This document shows, piece by piece, positions 9,279-20,200 of a DNA stretch of 64,000 nucleotides. The first letter of the stretch is position 1; every line of letters begins with the position of its first letter. Below the pieces are notes generated by a model, which was not told the origin of the DNA, searched no databases, and saw nothing but the letters and a program-made list of their open reading frames with translations. The position numbers and the translations under genes are program-made. Origin of the DNA: an uncultured Methylomirabilota bacterium (GTDB taxonomy: Bacteria > Methylomirabilota > Methylomirabilia > Methylomirabilales > 2-02-FULL-66-22); contig CAWJSJ010000002.1 in NCBI GenBank assembly GCA_963845565.1, positions 1,312,001-1,376,000 of the forward strand, in the 5' to 3' direction.

Positions 9279-10286
9279 TCAGCGTTTTCCGACGGCCTGA
9301 CGCATCCTGAGTAGCATGCGTTCGGCCGCCAAGCGCGGCTGGGCGTGCCAGGCCAGGGCCTGCTGCGCCTCGCGCTGGGCCTCGTGGACCTCCAGGACGG
9401 CGTCCAGGGAGATGCCGCCCGCGATCTCCTCGACCTCGACCCGCCGCTCCGCCGGCACGAGCACCGGGTCGGCTCCGGCGACCCGTGCGACCGCCGCCTC
9501 CCGTGTGAAGGCCAGCAGCGCCTCCAGGGCGCGTTCGAACGCCGGTTTGTCCTTCGCCAGCCGTTCCGCCTGGTCCAGGACGGCCGGCACGGAGTCGAGA
9601 GCCCGCCAGACCTCCGCCACGAGCCGTCCGTGGGCTTCCCGCAGGTCAGCCAGGTTCGGGTCGAGCGCCCGCTCGGCGCTGCCGCCCGCCGCCGCCGCGG
9701 CGGCGGCGGCCTCGTCGGGAGGGCGTCCGCGCCGTTCCAGGATGGTCCGGAGGTGCGCTTCGTCAAGCGGCGTGAAGCGGACCTCCTGGCACCGGGACCG
9801 GATGGTCGGCAGCAGGGCGGTGAACGCTCCGGTCAGCAGGATGAACAGGCGGGCGCCCGTCGGTTCCTCCAGCGTCTTGAGAAAGGCGTTGGCCGCCTCC
9901 TCGGACATCCGTTCGGCGGGGTCGAGAATCCAGATCTGGGTGGACCCCTCGTACGCCCGCATCCCGGCCCGCGCCGCCAGGTCGCGAATCTGCTCGATGG
10001 TGATGACCGTCTTGTCCTCGGCCGGCGTCAGGATCGCCACATCCGGGTGCTGACCGGCTGCGATCCGGACGCACGCTCGACACCTCCCGCATGCGTCGGG
10101 AGCATCCGCTCCCTCGCGCAGGGGCGCGAGACAATTGGCCGCCTGGGCCAGCGCCAGCGCCGTGGTGCGTTTTCCCACCCCCGGCGGGCCGGCGAAACAG
10201 TACCCCTGCGCCAGCCGCCCGGCTGCCCAGGCGCGCCGGAGCGCCGCCACCGGCCGTTCCTGTCCGCATATCTCGCTGAAGGGCAT
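9279..10286 (-). CDS. holB: DNA polymerase III subunit delta'
   Basis: GPPGVGK, CGRCRAC zinc motif, HPDV, ANAFLKTLEEP, TIRSRC. Confidence 0.93.
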   Translation of the reverse strand: MPFSEICGQERPVAALRRAWAAGRLAQGYCFAGPPGVGKRTTALALAQAANCLAPLREGADAPDACGRCRACVRIAAGQHPDVAILTPAEDKTVITIEQIRDLAARAGMRAYEGSTQIWILDPAERMSEEAANAFLKTLEEPTGARLFILLTGAFTALLPTIRSRCQEVRFTPLDEAHLRTILERRGRPPDEAAAAAAAAGGSAERALDPNLADLREAHGRLVAEVWRALDSVPAVLDQAERLAKDKPAFERALEALLAFTREAAVARVAGADPVLVPAERRVEVEEIAGGISLDAVLEVHEAQREAQQALAWHAQPRLAAERMLLRMRQAVGKR

Positions 10287-10293
10287 GGCGGCC

Positions 10294-10968
10294 TCAACCG
10301 ACCCGCGGCTCGGCTGCCGGGCAGCCGAGCCCTGCGGCGAGCAGGCCGGCGACCTGTCGGCGGATCTGCCCCTCGATCTCCAGGATTCCCCGGGCGGCGT
10401 CTACGACCATCACCCGGCCAGGCTCCTCGGCGGCCAACGCCCGGTAGCCGGCCTGCACCCGTTGGTGGAATTCCAGCCGCTCGTCCTCGAGTCGATCACG
10501 GCGCAGGCGCGAGTCGGTCAGGCGCTTGCTGACGCGCGCCAGCCCGATCGCCGGCTCCAGGTCGAGCAGCAGGGTGAGGTTCGGTCGGAGTCCGTTCGCG
10601 GCGAGGTGGTTCAGCCGTCCGATGAGATCCCGATCCAGACCGCGCCCGTATCCCTGATACGCAACGGTGGAGTCCGTGAAGCGATCGCACAGGACGATGC
10701 GCCCGGCCGCCAAGGCCGGGCGGATCACTTCTTCGACCAGCTGGGCTCGGCTGGCCTCGTACAGGAACAGCTCGGTCAGCGATGCCATCCGCGCGTTCTC
10801 GCCGTCCAGTAACAACCCTCGCACCTGGTTGCCGATGGCGGTCCCGCCGGGATCGCGCGTCTCGATCACGTCCCGATCCAAGGAGCGCAAGTGGGTGAGC
10901 AGCGCCTTGAGCTGCGTGGTCTTGCCCGATCCCTCCCCACCCTCGAAGGTAATGAAGAGTCCCGCCAT
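10294..10968 (-). CDS. tmk: Thymidylate kinase
   Basis: FITFEGGEGSGKTTQ, LCDRFTDSTVAYQGYGRG. Confidence 0.97.
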   Translation of the reverse strand: MAGLFITFEGGEGSGKTTQLKALLTHLRSLDRDVIETRDPGGTAIGNQVRGLLLDGENARMASLTELFLYEASRAQLVEEVIRPALAAGRIVLCDRFTDSTVAYQGYGRGLDRDLIGRLNHLAANGLRPNLTLLLDLEPAIGLARVSKRLTDSRLRRDRLEDERLEFHQRVQAGYRALAAEEPGRVMVVDAARGILEIEGQIRRQVAGLLAAGLGCPAAEPRVG

Positions 10969-10971
10969 GAA

Positions 10972-11772
10972 TTAGTGTCCCCCGCCCCCGGAGGCCGCCG
11001 GCCCCTTGCGGCGATCCAGGATTTGCGTCGCAGCGCGGCTGATCGCGCCGGGCACGTTCCGGTTCTTGGACAGATCGACCAACTCCCGATCCGAGAGGCC
11101 GTTGATGCCGAGGCTCAAGGACACACCGACCGGCGTGCGGGGGTTGTTCAGCAGTGCCAGGACGATCTGCTTGTTCTGGCGATACTTGCGATTGTTGGCG
11201 ATGCGCCGCAACACCTTGTCCGAGACATCCCGCATCATGGCGATGGTCAGGATCTCGCCGTCGGTGATCCGCGAAGAGCTCACCGTCTCCAGCGCCACCA
11301 TCTCGTTGCTGTCTTTGATCAGGATCATCCGAACGTCCTTGTTGCCTTTTTTGGCCAGGGCCAGTTTCTGGCCCACCGGCAACTCCCGCACGCGCAGGAG
11401 TAGGCTCTTCTTTCGTGTGCCGTCCGCTTCCCGCTTCTTGGCGGCCTCGATCGCTTGCTGAATCGTCGGCTGCTTCAGCGGCGACAGGTGGGGATTGCCG
11501 AGGAGGGCCTCGAGGGCGTCCACCCAGCGCCCGAGGCGCTCCAGGGAGCTCAGGAGGACGTCCAGGATCCCACCGCCAGCGCGCGCCGCCAGCGCGGCCA
11601 TGGCCGCGCCCGGCGTGTTGGGATGGCGGAGGAGGGCGACCACCTCTTCCGGGGCGAGATCGGGGTGCACCAGCACCTGTTCCAGCGCCTCGGTTGGTGT
11701 CTTGGCGTTCTGGGCGATCGTCAGGCGGTCGGCATTGACCGGGAGCAACTGGCCCTCCGCGCTGGTGCTCAT
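10972..11772 (-). CDS. Hypothetical alpha-helical repeat (LRV/HEAT-like) protein
   Basis: Start overlaps the selA stop; repeated HPNTP/NPRTP units; KLALAKKGNKDVRMILIKD. Confidence 0.7.
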   Translation of the reverse strand: MSTSAEGQLLPVNADRLTIAQNAKTPTEALEQVLVHPDLAPEEVVALLRHPNTPGAAMAALAARAGGGILDVLLSSLERLGRWVDALEALLGNPHLSPLKQPTIQQAIEAAKKREADGTRKKSLLLRVRELPVGQKLALAKKGNKDVRMILIKDSNEMVALETVSSSRITDGEILTIAMMRDVSDKVLRRIANNRKYRQNKQIVLALLNNPRTPVGVSLSLGINGLSDRELVDLSKNRNVPGAISRAATQILDRRKGPAASGGGGH

Positions 11773-13217
11773 GCCGGGTCTTCCCCCCGTTCCGCGGCCA
11801 GCGCGGCCTGCAGGGCGGTCAATAGCACCGCCTCCTCGGCCGGCGCCACGGTCCGGAGATCGAGCAGGATCCGATTCTCCTGGACGCGAGCCAGCACGGG
11901 GACCGTCCCGGCACGCAGGCGCGCTTCCATCGCGCCGGCGCCCTGCGCTCCGGGATCGAGGGCCAAGAGCCGGGTGGGGAGGACCTGCAACGGCAAGGCG
12001 CCACCGCCCACCTCCGACGTCCCATCCTCGACCGCGCAGCGCACGCCTGGCACGGCACCCCGCAGCGCGGCGGCCAGGGCCTCGGCACGGGCCCCGACGG
12101 TGTCCGTGGACTGGCCCAGCATGCGGAGGACAGGGATCTCTTGCCGAGCCCGATCCGGCTCGCGGATCAGGAGCAAGGTGGCCTCCAGGGCCGCCAAGCA
12201 CAGCTTGTCGATCCGGACCGTCCGCGCCAACGGGTTCCGCCGGAGGCGCGCGATGAGGTCGCGGCGACCCACCAGCAGGCCGGCCTGCGGGCCACCCAGC
12301 AATTTATCGCCGCTGAACGTCACGAGGCCCACCCCGGCCCGGATCGCGTCCGCCACCTGCGGCTCGCGCCGCAATCCGAAGGCGGAGAAGTCGAGCAGGG
12401 CGCCGCTTCCCAGGTCTTCAACCAGCGGCAGGCCGTTCCGCCTTGCCAGCTCCGCCAACTCCGCTCCCTCCACCTCGGCGGTAAAGCCCAACAGCAGGAA
12501 ATTGCTCCGGTGCACTTTCAGGATGAGCCCCGTCTCCGGCCCGATGGCCTGCTCGTAGTCGGTGAGATGCGTGCGATTCGTCGTACCCACCTCGTGGAGG
12601 CGTCCCCCGGCCCGCGTCATCACATCCGGGATGCGGAAAGCATCCCCGATCTCCACGAGTTCGCCCCGGGAGATGATCACCTCCCGGTTATTGGCCAGCG
12701 TGTTCACGGCCAGGAGGACAGCCGCCGCGTTATTGTTGACGACCAGCGCCGCCTCGGCCCCGGTAAGCGCCCGCAGGAGCTCCTCCACGTGCACCTGGCG
12801 GCTCCCCCGGAGCCCCGACGCCAGGTCGAACTCCAGGTTGGAGTATCCCCTGGCCGCCGCGTCGATGGCCGCCAGGACCGACGGCGCCAGCGGCGCCCGT
12901 CCCAGATTCGTGTGGATGACCACTCCGGTGGCATTGATGACCGGTCGGAGCGAGCCGCCGGCCTTCCGAAGCGTTGCCGCCCCGACCTCCGCCTGCAGCA
13001 CGGCCGAATCCAGCAGTCGATGCGCCGCCTCCACCGTGAGGGCTCCCGCCTGGGCGCGTGACCGGCAATTCGCGAGAGTCTCGCGGATCGCCTCCAGGAC
13101 AGCCCAGCGCGGATGACGGACAAGGAGATCCTGAACACCCGGGGTGGCCAGGAGCCTGTCGACCGACGGGATCTGCCGCAGAATCCCACCCGCTTCGGAC
13201 GGGATCGGGTTGGCCAT
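11769..13217 (-). CDS. selA: L-seryl-tRNA(Sec) selenium transferase
   Basis: VINATGVVIHTNLGRAPL, VVNNNAAAV, EVGTTNRTH, FSGDKLLGGPQAG. Confidence 0.97.
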   Translation of the reverse strand: MANPIPSEAGGILRQIPSVDRLLATPGVQDLLVRHPRWAVLEAIRETLANCRSRAQAGALTVEAAHRLLDSAVLQAEVGAATLRKAGGSLRPVINATGVVIHTNLGRAPLAPSVLAAIDAAARGYSNLEFDLASGLRGSRQVHVEELLRALTGAEAALVVNNNAAAVLLAVNTLANNREVIISRGELVEIGDAFRIPDVMTRAGGRLHEVGTTNRTHLTDYEQAIGPETGLILKVHRSNFLLLGFTAEVEGAELAELARRNGLPLVEDLGSGALLDFSAFGLRREPQVADAIRAGVGLVTFSGDKLLGGPQAGLLVGRRDLIARLRRNPLARTVRIDKLCLAALEATLLLIREPDRARQEIPVLRMLGQSTDTVGARAEALAAALRGAVPGVRCAVEDGTSEVGGGALPLQVLPTRLLALDPGAQGAGAMEARLRAGTVPVLARVQENRILLDLRTVAPAEEAVLLTALQAALAAERGEDPA

Positions 13218-13360
13218 GACTCACCCCGGCTGTCGGCCCCGACGCTCCCGGTAGAAGGCGCGTAGCGGGGCCCGTAGTGAACGCTCAGGGCTTCTTGTAA
13301 CACACGCCGGAGACCCGTTCAACGCCTTTCCCTTTCCGGAGGGGTGATGAGACGGAGAGG

Positions 13361-13410
13361 AAAACAAATCAGGCCGGGCGACCCTCGGAGCACTGAGGGG
13401 CGCCCGGCCT
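13361..13410 (-). terminator. Intrinsic terminator of the zinc-ribbon gene
   Basis: AGGCCGGGCG..CCCTC/GAGGG..CGCCCGGCCT stem followed on the - strand by GATTTGTTTT. Confidence 0.65.
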
Positions 13411-13440
13411 GTGAGCGGACGGTACACGCGTGACGGACGA

Positions 13441-13749
13441 CTAGCGAAGCCCGGATGCCCGTCGCGACTGGAAGCAGGTGCGGCAGTAGACGGGGCGTTC
13501 GGAGGTGGGTTTGAAGGGGACGGTGGTCTTTTGCCCGCAGGACGAGCACACCACCTCGAACAGTTCACGGCTCCCGCCGCCATCCATCCCGCCGCCGGGC
13601 CCACTCGATCGCTTGGTGGCTTTGCAGGACTTGCAGCGCTTGGGGGCGTTTTGGAAGCCCTTCTGCGCATAGAATTCCTGCTCGCCGGCGGTGAACACGA
13701 AGGTCTGCCCACAATCCACACACGTCAAGGTCTTGTCCTGGAACGACAT
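13441..13749 (-). CDS. Zinc-ribbon / CxxC-x17-CxxC domain protein
   Basis: MSFQDKTLTCVDCG..FTAGEQEFY..PKRCKSC; CSSCG..VPFKP..RPVYCRTC. Confidence 0.92.
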   Translation of the reverse strand: MSFQDKTLTCVDCGQTFVFTAGEQEFYAQKGFQNAPKRCKSCKATKRSSGPGGGMDGGGSRELFEVVCSSCGQKTTVPFKPTSERPVYCRTCFQSRRASGLR

Positions 13750-13950
13750 GCGACTTCCTCCCTCGGTATACGATACTCCCAATTGCGCCTACGATCCGCG
13801 TCCCCGTTGTGTGGTTGGCATCCTCCTGTGCGATGGGTAACGGCGCGGGCTCACAGCCCCTGCTGTGGACACCCGGTGCGCCGCGCGCACCGGACGGCTC
13901 CCGACGACAAGCGTCGCACGGCGGATTCCATGCCGTGCCCGAGGGGCCGC

Positions 13951-14454
13951 CTATTCCGGCGGTACCTCGCCCGGGCGGCGATACGTGCCGGTTCGCCCCC
14001 CGGCCTTGAAGACCAGACGCACGTCGCCGATGACCATGGACTTGTCCACGGCCTTGCACATATCGTAGATCGTCAACGCGGCCACCGAGACCGCCGTCAG
14101 CGCCTCCATCTCGGCACCGGTTCGGCCGGTGGTCCTGACTCGGGATTCGATGTGGAGTCCGGAAGGGCGGTGGCTAGGCCGGAAGGCGACATCCGCCGCC
14201 GAGAGTAAGAGGGTGTGACATAAGGGGACCAATTCGTGGACCCGTTTGGCTGCCATAATCCCAGCCACCCGCGCGGCCGCGTACACGTCCCCCTTCGGAA
14301 TGGCACTCCCCTGAATCAGGCGGAGCGTCTCGGGCTGGAGCGTCACGAATCCGCGCGCGATGGCCTCACGATCCGTCTCGGGCTTGGCGCCGACATCCAC
14401 CATATGCGCCTGGCCGAGACGGTCAAGATGAGACAACCTCTTCTTGAGTGGCAT
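13951..14454 (-). CDS. moaC: Cyclic pyranopterin monophosphate synthase
   Basis: MVDVGAK, AGIMAAK, LVPLCH, GAEMEAL, TIYDMCKAVDK. Confidence 0.96.
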   Translation of the reverse strand: MPLKKRLSHLDRLGQAHMVDVGAKPETDREAIARGFVTLQPETLRLIQGSAIPKGDVYAAARVAGIMAAKRVHELVPLCHTLLLSAADVAFRPSHRPSGLHIESRVRTTGRTGAEMEALTAVSVAALTIYDMCKAVDKSMVIGDVRLVFKAGGRTGTYRRPGEVPPE

Positions 14455-14671
14455 GTTGGAACTGACGCATGATGACGTACATCTCGTCCTTGATCTTGAG
14501 CTTCAACTTCTGCAGTTCCTTGCGCTTCCGCTCTTGCTCGCTGGTCAGATAATAGATACGGTCGAACTCGCCGATCTTGATGTCGTATTCCCGGTGTTTC
14601 TCGGCCAAGCGGCGGAAATCAGAATGTTCCTCCTTGAGCCGAGCAAAAAGCTGCGCTTCCGTATCGCTCAT
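14423..14671 (-). CDS. DUF465/YdcH-like small coiled-coil protein
   Basis: 82 aa; FRRLAEKHREYD...LQKLKLKIKDEM pattern; AAGGAGG RBS. Confidence 0.75.
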   Translation of the reverse strand: MSDTEAQLFARLKEEHSDFRRLAEKHREYDIKIGEFDRIYYLTSEQERKRKELQKLKLKIKDEMYVIMRQFQHATQEEVVSS

Positions 14672-14864
14672 CCGCGACCTCCTTCCCCCTGCAGCGGTCC
14701 GCTCCGCGCCATCTCGGGGCGAAGGGACTCGAAAGAGGGTAGTGCTAGTATGGTTCTATTATCCCGATCAAGACAGACCAATCGGCATGGAAGGGCCCGG
14801 TGCGCCCCCATGTGTCGGCAGGAAATTACCATATCGTTTCGAACCGCCTCCGTCAGGGGAGTTG

Positions 14865-14893
14865 AGCATATGCGAGGGACCTCCCCCCGTCAA
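14865..14893 (-). promoter_or_regulatory. sigma70-type promoter for the DUF465-moaC unit
   Basis: TTGACG-N17-TATGCT on the - strand. Confidence 0.55.
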
Positions 14894-14989
14894 GATGAAA
14901 ATCCCGAGGTCCACGGGAGCGGACAACCGCGGGCCTCTGACCCCTCGGGCCGGGCTCTTCTCCGAAGCGCGCGCACCGAGCCGCGTTTT

Positions 14990-15018
14990 TTGACTGCGTC
15001 CGGAGCCTGTGGTACAGT
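14990..15018 (+). promoter_or_regulatory. sigma70-type promoter for the lipoprotein operon
   Basis: TTGACT-N17-TACAGT with upstream TG. Confidence 0.55.
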
Positions 15019-15063
15019 CCGCGCAGTTGTGCACTGCGATGCGCCAGGTCTGACCAGGATGGG

Positions 15064-15597
15064 GTGATGCGACGACTTGCCGTGACGGTGGCGTGCCTCG
15101 GTGTGCTGGCCGGCTGCGGGGGGAAGAGCCCGCGAAGCTATCCGGTGCCCGAGGTCGCTCGTGTGGCGGCGGACCTCGATCGCACGTGGGAGGCGGTGCA
15201 CCGGGTCTTGACGGAACGGGGATACGCGCTCCAGAGTGAGGATCGGGCCGCCGGGGTGATCGAGACGGCGTGGCTCGTGCACAACCCTGCATATTCCTCC
15301 AACATCCTGGTGACGAAGAACGAGGATCGATACAGCGACTGCGGCAAGCCGGGCTTGGGGAAGGCGGACCACGGCAAGGACGTCCGTCTGACGGTGGCCT
15401 TCGCAACGCCGAGCCCCGGCCAGACGGATGTGCTGGTCCGCGCAGCATTCCGCACCGCGCGGAGCGCCACCCTCTCCAGCGCAACCGGCACCGTGGAGTG
15501 CCGCTCGCGCGGACGTCTCGAAGAGGAGGTTCTGCTCGAGACCAAAGTGCGGGCGTTGTCCGAAAAGTACCAGCAGTTCCGGCGCGGGGGGCGATAG
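15064..15597 (+). CDS. Putative lipoprotein (BamC/NlpB-like fold possible)
   Basis: Lipobox LAGC; DRAAGVIETAW motif. Confidence 0.65.
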   Translation: MMRRLAVTVACLGVLAGCGGKSPRSYPVPEVARVAADLDRTWEAVHRVLTERGYALQSEDRAAGVIETAWLVHNPAYSSNILVTKNEDRYSDCGKPGLGKADHGKDVRLTVAFATPSPGQTDVLVRAAFRTARSATLSSATGTVECRSRGRLEEEVLLETKVRALSEKYQQFRRGGR

Positions 15598-16550
15598 TGC
15601 GCAAGCGATACGAGCCGCTGGATCCGGCAGGGATCACAACCTATCCGCTGGCGGCGCGGCCGAGCAAGGTCCGCGTGGAGCATGCCGCGACCCCCTGGCG
15701 TGCGGGGGGTACCCTGCGGGCGTATCTCGAATCGTTGCCGGACCAACTCGCCGCCCGGACCTTCCGCGAGGTGGTGCAGGCCGTCGTGACGGCGCACCGC
15801 ACGGGGAAGCCGGTCCTGGTGGGCATGGGGGCGCACGTCATCAAGGTGGGTCTGTCCCGCGTCCTGATCGATCTCTTGGAACGAGGCGTGGTGACGGCGC
15901 TGGCGCTGAACGGCGCGTGCGCGGTGCATGATTTCGAGCTGGCGACGGCCGGGTTTACGTCGGAGGACGTGGAGGTCCAGCTCGCCGAGGGGGACTTCGG
16001 GATGGCCGAGGAAACCGGCCGCGTCCTGAACGAGGCCGTCATCGAAGGGGGCAGGCGGGGCGTCGGCTTTGGCCGCGCGGTGGGCGAGCGGCTCCTCGCG
16101 ATGCAGCCGCGATATCTCTCGCACAGCCTGCTGGCTGCCTGCGCCCGGCTGGACCTTCCCTGCACGGTCCACGTCGCCCTGGGGACCGACATCGTGCACA
16201 TGCACCCCTGCTGCGACGGGGCCGCGGTCGGGGCGGCGACGCATCGCGATTTCCGCCTGCTGGCGGCGGTGGTGGCCGATCTGGGCGACGGCGGGGTGTA
16301 CCTCAACATCGGCTCGGCGGTGCTCCTGCCCGAGGTGTTCCTGAAGGCCTTGACGCTCAGCCGGAATCTGGGGCACCGGGTTCAAGACTTCGTCACGGCG
16401 AACCTGGACTTCATCCAGCACTACCGGCCGACTCAGAATGTGGTGCGGCGTCCCGTGGCGAACGGGGGGCGCGGATACGCGCTCACCGGGCACCATGAGT
16501 TGCTGGTTCCGCTCCTGGCAGCGGCGGTAATCGAGGGGATGGAGGGGTGA
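15597..16550 (+). CDS. Conserved hypothetical protein (deoxyhypusine-synthase-like fold suspected)
   Basis: GTG overlapping the upstream [41 protein letters not shown]. Confidence 0.7.
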   Translation: MRKRYEPLDPAGITTYPLAARPSKVRVEHAATPWRAGGTLRAYLESLPDQLAARTFREVVQAVVTAHRTGKPVLVGMGAHVIKVGLSRVLIDLLERGVVTALALNGACAVHDFELATAGFTSEDVEVQLAEGDFGMAEETGRVLNEAVIEGGRRGVGFGRAVGERLLAMQPRYLSHSLLAACARLDLPCTVHVALGTDIVHMHPCCDGAAVGAATHRDFRLLAAVVADLGDGGVYLNIGSAVLLPEVFLKALTLSRNLGHRVQDFVTANLDFIQHYRPTQNVVRRPVANGGRGYALTGHHELLVPLLAAAVIEGMEG

Positions 16551-16577
16551 GAGCCGAGACGAAGGGGTCGAAAGGTG

Positions 16578-16617
16578 CGAGCCACGAGCCACGAGCCACG
16601 AGCCACGAGTCGCGAGC
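16578..16617 (+). repeat. Heptamer tandem repeat (CGAGCCA)x4 plus 2 degenerate units
   Basis: Direct reading of the sequence. Confidence 0.85.
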
Positions 16618-16627
16618 GGGGAGGCCG

Positions 16628-17131
16628 GTGCGTCTCGCGCGCGCGGCGACGAAGGTGAAGAGCCTCGGCGGTGTGGTCCGTGCGGTGCGGGCGGCTCAAC
16701 GAGCGGGCCGGCGGGTCGTCTTTACCAACGGGTGCTTCGATCTTTTGCATCGCGGTCACACCCGATATCTGGAACAGGCGCGCGCGCTGGGGGATCTGCT
16801 GGTCGTGGCGATCAACAGCGACGCATCGGTCCGGGCGCTCAAGGGGCCGAGCCGCCCTGTGGTGCCCGCCGAGCAGCGCGCCGAGGTGCTGGCCGCCTTG
16901 GCTGCGGTGGACCTGGTCACGATCTTCGGCGAACTGGATCCGGCCCGGGTGATCCGCGCCGTGCGTCCGGACGTGCTGGTCAAGGGAGGGGATTGGCCGA
17001 CCAGCCAGATCGTGGGCGCCGACTTCGTCCAATCCCGGGGCGGGACGGTGCGCAGCCTGCCGTATGTGGACGGAGCGTCCACGTCGGACCTGATCGGCCG
17101 GATCGCGGCGCGGTCGGCGCGGCGTGGCTGA
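16628..17131 (+). CDS. rfaE2: D-glycero-beta-D-manno-heptose 1-phosphate adenylyltransferase (alternative start 16547)
   Basis: [37 protein letters not shown]. Confidence 0.9.
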   Translation: MRLARAATKVKSLGGVVRAVRAAQRAGRRVVFTNGCFDLLHRGHTRYLEQARALGDLLVVAINSDASVRALKGPSRPVVPAEQRAEVLAALAAVDLVTIFGELDPARVIRAVRPDVLVKGGDWPTSQIVGADFVQSRGGTVRSLPYVDGASTSDLIGRIAARSARRG

Positions 17132-17289
17132 CGCGCTACCGCCCATTCCCGGAAATCCTCACGGCGGTTGCCGTCTCTTCTTCTGTCCGGATGCGCGGTC
17201 CGCTTCCAGGCATCAGCGATCGGCGGGTGACGCCCCCAAGTCCGGAACCGACCGCTGTATGCCGACCGCTGATCGCCGCTGTTGTGATC

Positions 17290-20200
17290 ATGCTTCCACA
17301 ATACTTCTGGCGTGAAACCCGGCTCCTCGACATCTGCGAGGATCTGCGGGCCCCCGCGGGAATCATCCTCGCCGGACTCACCGGCGCCGCGCGCGCCCTG
17401 GCCCTGGCCGCGTGCCAGGTCGGGACGGGCCGGACGTTTCTCCTCCTCTGCCGGAGCGACGAGGTCGCCGCGGCCCTGGCCCAGGACCTGATCTTTTTCC
17501 TGGGCGAGACAGTCGCGCTGCTCCCGGAGCAGGGGGATGACCTGGAGAGCCGCGCGGGCCGGGTGGAGGCGCTTCACCGGCTCCAGACGGGCCAGGCGGC
17601 CGTCCTGGTGGCGTCGGTGGCGGCGGCCCTCCCTCGCACCATCCCCCCGGCTGCCCTGCAGGGGGCGGTGGTGTCGCTCTATCCGCAGCGGATCGTCTCC
17701 CGGGAGGATTTGCTGCGCGCCCTGACGGCCGGAGGCTATCGCGGCGTCGGCCAGGTGACGGAGCCGGGCGAGTTTGCCATCCGTGGCGGGATCCTGGATT
17801 GTTTCCCCCCTGCCATGCGCCATCCGGTCCGGGTCGAGTTCTTCGGGGACGAGGTCCACTCGCTTCGCCACTTCGATCCGGAGACCCAGCGCTCCCTGGC
17901 GGCGATCACCCAGGCGACCCTGCTCCCCCTTCAAGAGTTCCTGATGACCGAGGATGCGGCAGCCCGGCTCGAGGCCCGGCTGCAGGCGACGGCTCGGCGG
18001 GAAGGCGTCGCAGTTCCCCCGGCGTGGCTGGAGGCGCTGGAGCAGCGACGGCCCATCCCTGAGTGGGATGTCTTCCTGCCGGACCTGGTGTCCGACCCCG
18101 CCTCCGTGCTGGCATACCTTCCCGCGACGGCGCTGATCGTCTGGGACGAGGATTCTGCGCTGGCGGAGCGCGCGGCGGCGCTCCTGCGCGATGCGGAGGC
18201 CGAGGCCGACCGGGAGCCGGACGTGGCACCGCTCTTCCCACCGCCGGCCGAACGCTGGGTCGCCTGGGACGATTTCCGCCGGGAGGCGCAGGCGTGGGCC
18301 GGGATCGCACTCACGCCGTTCGCGCCCCCGCCGCGCGAACCGACAGCCGGCCACGCACCGCCGCCTCCCCTCCTGCGAGAGATCCCGACCACCAGCATCG
18401 AGAGCTATCGCGGACGCATCACCGGCTTCCTGGAGGATCTGGACGTCTGGCGACGCAAAGGCGAGCGAGTGGTCCTGGTCGCGAGGAGCGAGGCGCAGGG
18501 TCGGCGGCTCACCGAGATCTTGCGGGACCATGACCTGGGGGCTCGTCTGGGGCGGGAGCTGCCGGAGCCGGGAGGGATCAGTCTCTGGATCGGCGAACTC
18601 ACGGCGGGGTTCCGGATTGCGCCGCTCCAGCTCACGCTGATCACCGAGCAGGAGGTCTTTGGGGCCCACGCGGTGCTGCGGCGGCGCGCCCGGCCGAAGG
18701 AAGCCCTGCCGTTCAGCTCCTTTGCCGACCTCAAAGTGGGCGACTATGTGGTGCACGTGGACCATGGTATCGCCCAGTACCGGGGCCTCGAGCAGCTGGC
18801 GGTGGGGGGGCAGGACGGGGACTTCCTGTATCTCCGGTACGCCGGGAACGACACGCTCTACGTCCCGGTCTCGAAGTTCCATTTGGTCCAGCGCTACGTG
18901 GCGGGGGAGTCGGCGGGGGCGCACCCCGCCCTGGACCGGCTGGGGGGTACGACCTGGGCCAAGGCGAAGGAACGGGTGCGGGCCAGCGTCCGCGAGATGG
19001 CCGGGGAGCTCCTGCGCCTCTACGCCGCGCGGCAAGTCCTCCACGGGAACGCCTTCCCGGCCGATTCGCCCTGGCAGAAGGAGTTCGAGGCGGCGTTCCC
19101 GTACGACGAGACGCCCGACCAGCTCCAGGCGATCCGGGACGTGAAGCGGGACATGGAGCGATCCCAGCCCATGGACCGCCTCGTCTGCGGCGACGTGGGC
19201 TACGGGAAGACGGAGGTTGCCCTGCGCGCCGCCTTCAAGGCGGTCATGGATGGAAAGCAGGTGGCGGTTCTGGTGCCCACCACCGTGCTTGCCATGCAGC
19301 ACCATCAAACCTTCAGCGCCCGCTTTGCCGGCTTTCCGGTGCGGGTGGAGATGCTCTGCCGGTTCCGCCCGACGGCGGATCTCAAGCAGGTCGTGCGCGG
19401 GCTGACCGAGGGCAGCGTGGACATCGTCATCGGGACCCATCGCCTACTCCAGAAAGACGTGAAGTTTTCGGCGCTGGGCCTGGTGGTGGTGGACGAGGAG
19501 CAACGCTTCGGCGTGGCGGCCAAAGAGGCGCTGAAGCAGCTCCGGCGCGAGGTGGACGTGCTCACGCTGACGGCCACACCCATTCCCAGGACCCTGCACA
19601 TGACCATGCTCGGCGTGCGGGACGTCAGCACCATCGAGACGCCGCCCGAAGAGCGGTTGGCGATCCGCACGTACGTCACGCCCTACGACCCGGACGTCAT
19701 CGGCGAGGCCATCCGGCGCGAGTTGGCGCGCGGCGGCCAGGTCTTCTTCGTCCACAACCGGGTGGACAGCATCCACGCCGTCGGGCGGCGGCTGAAGCAG
19801 ATCGTGCCGGAGGCGCGGATCAGCGTGGCGCACGGCCAGCAGAATGAGGCCGCGCTGGAGAAGGTGATGGTGGACTTCTATCTCAAGAAGGTGGATGTCC
19901 TGCTCTGCACCACCATCATCGAATCGGGGCTGGACGTCCCGTCGGCCAATACCATCATCATCGACCGCGCCGATACCTTGGGCTTGGCCCAGCTGTATCA
20001 GCTCCGGGGACGGGTCGGCCGGGACAAGTACCGGGCCTTCGCCTACCTGCTGGTTCCGGCCGACGGCGGGATGAGCGAGGTGGCGCGGAAGCGGCTGCAG
20101 GTCATCGCCGAGCTGACGGAGCTGGGCTCCGGCTTCAAGATCGCGGCACGGGATCTGGAGATCCGCGGTGCGGGGAACCTCCTGGGGGCCGAGCAGTCGG

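Noticed and set aside
13218..13440. tRNA-Sec (selC) next to selA
   Set aside because: No cloverleaf with a TCA anticodon or T-loop found; the hairpin present is a terminator
14672..14860. Moco/Wco riboswitch in the long leader of the DUF465-moaC unit
   Set aside because: No recognisable conserved Moco motif in the sense orientation; the GCCTCC-like stretch is on the wrong strand
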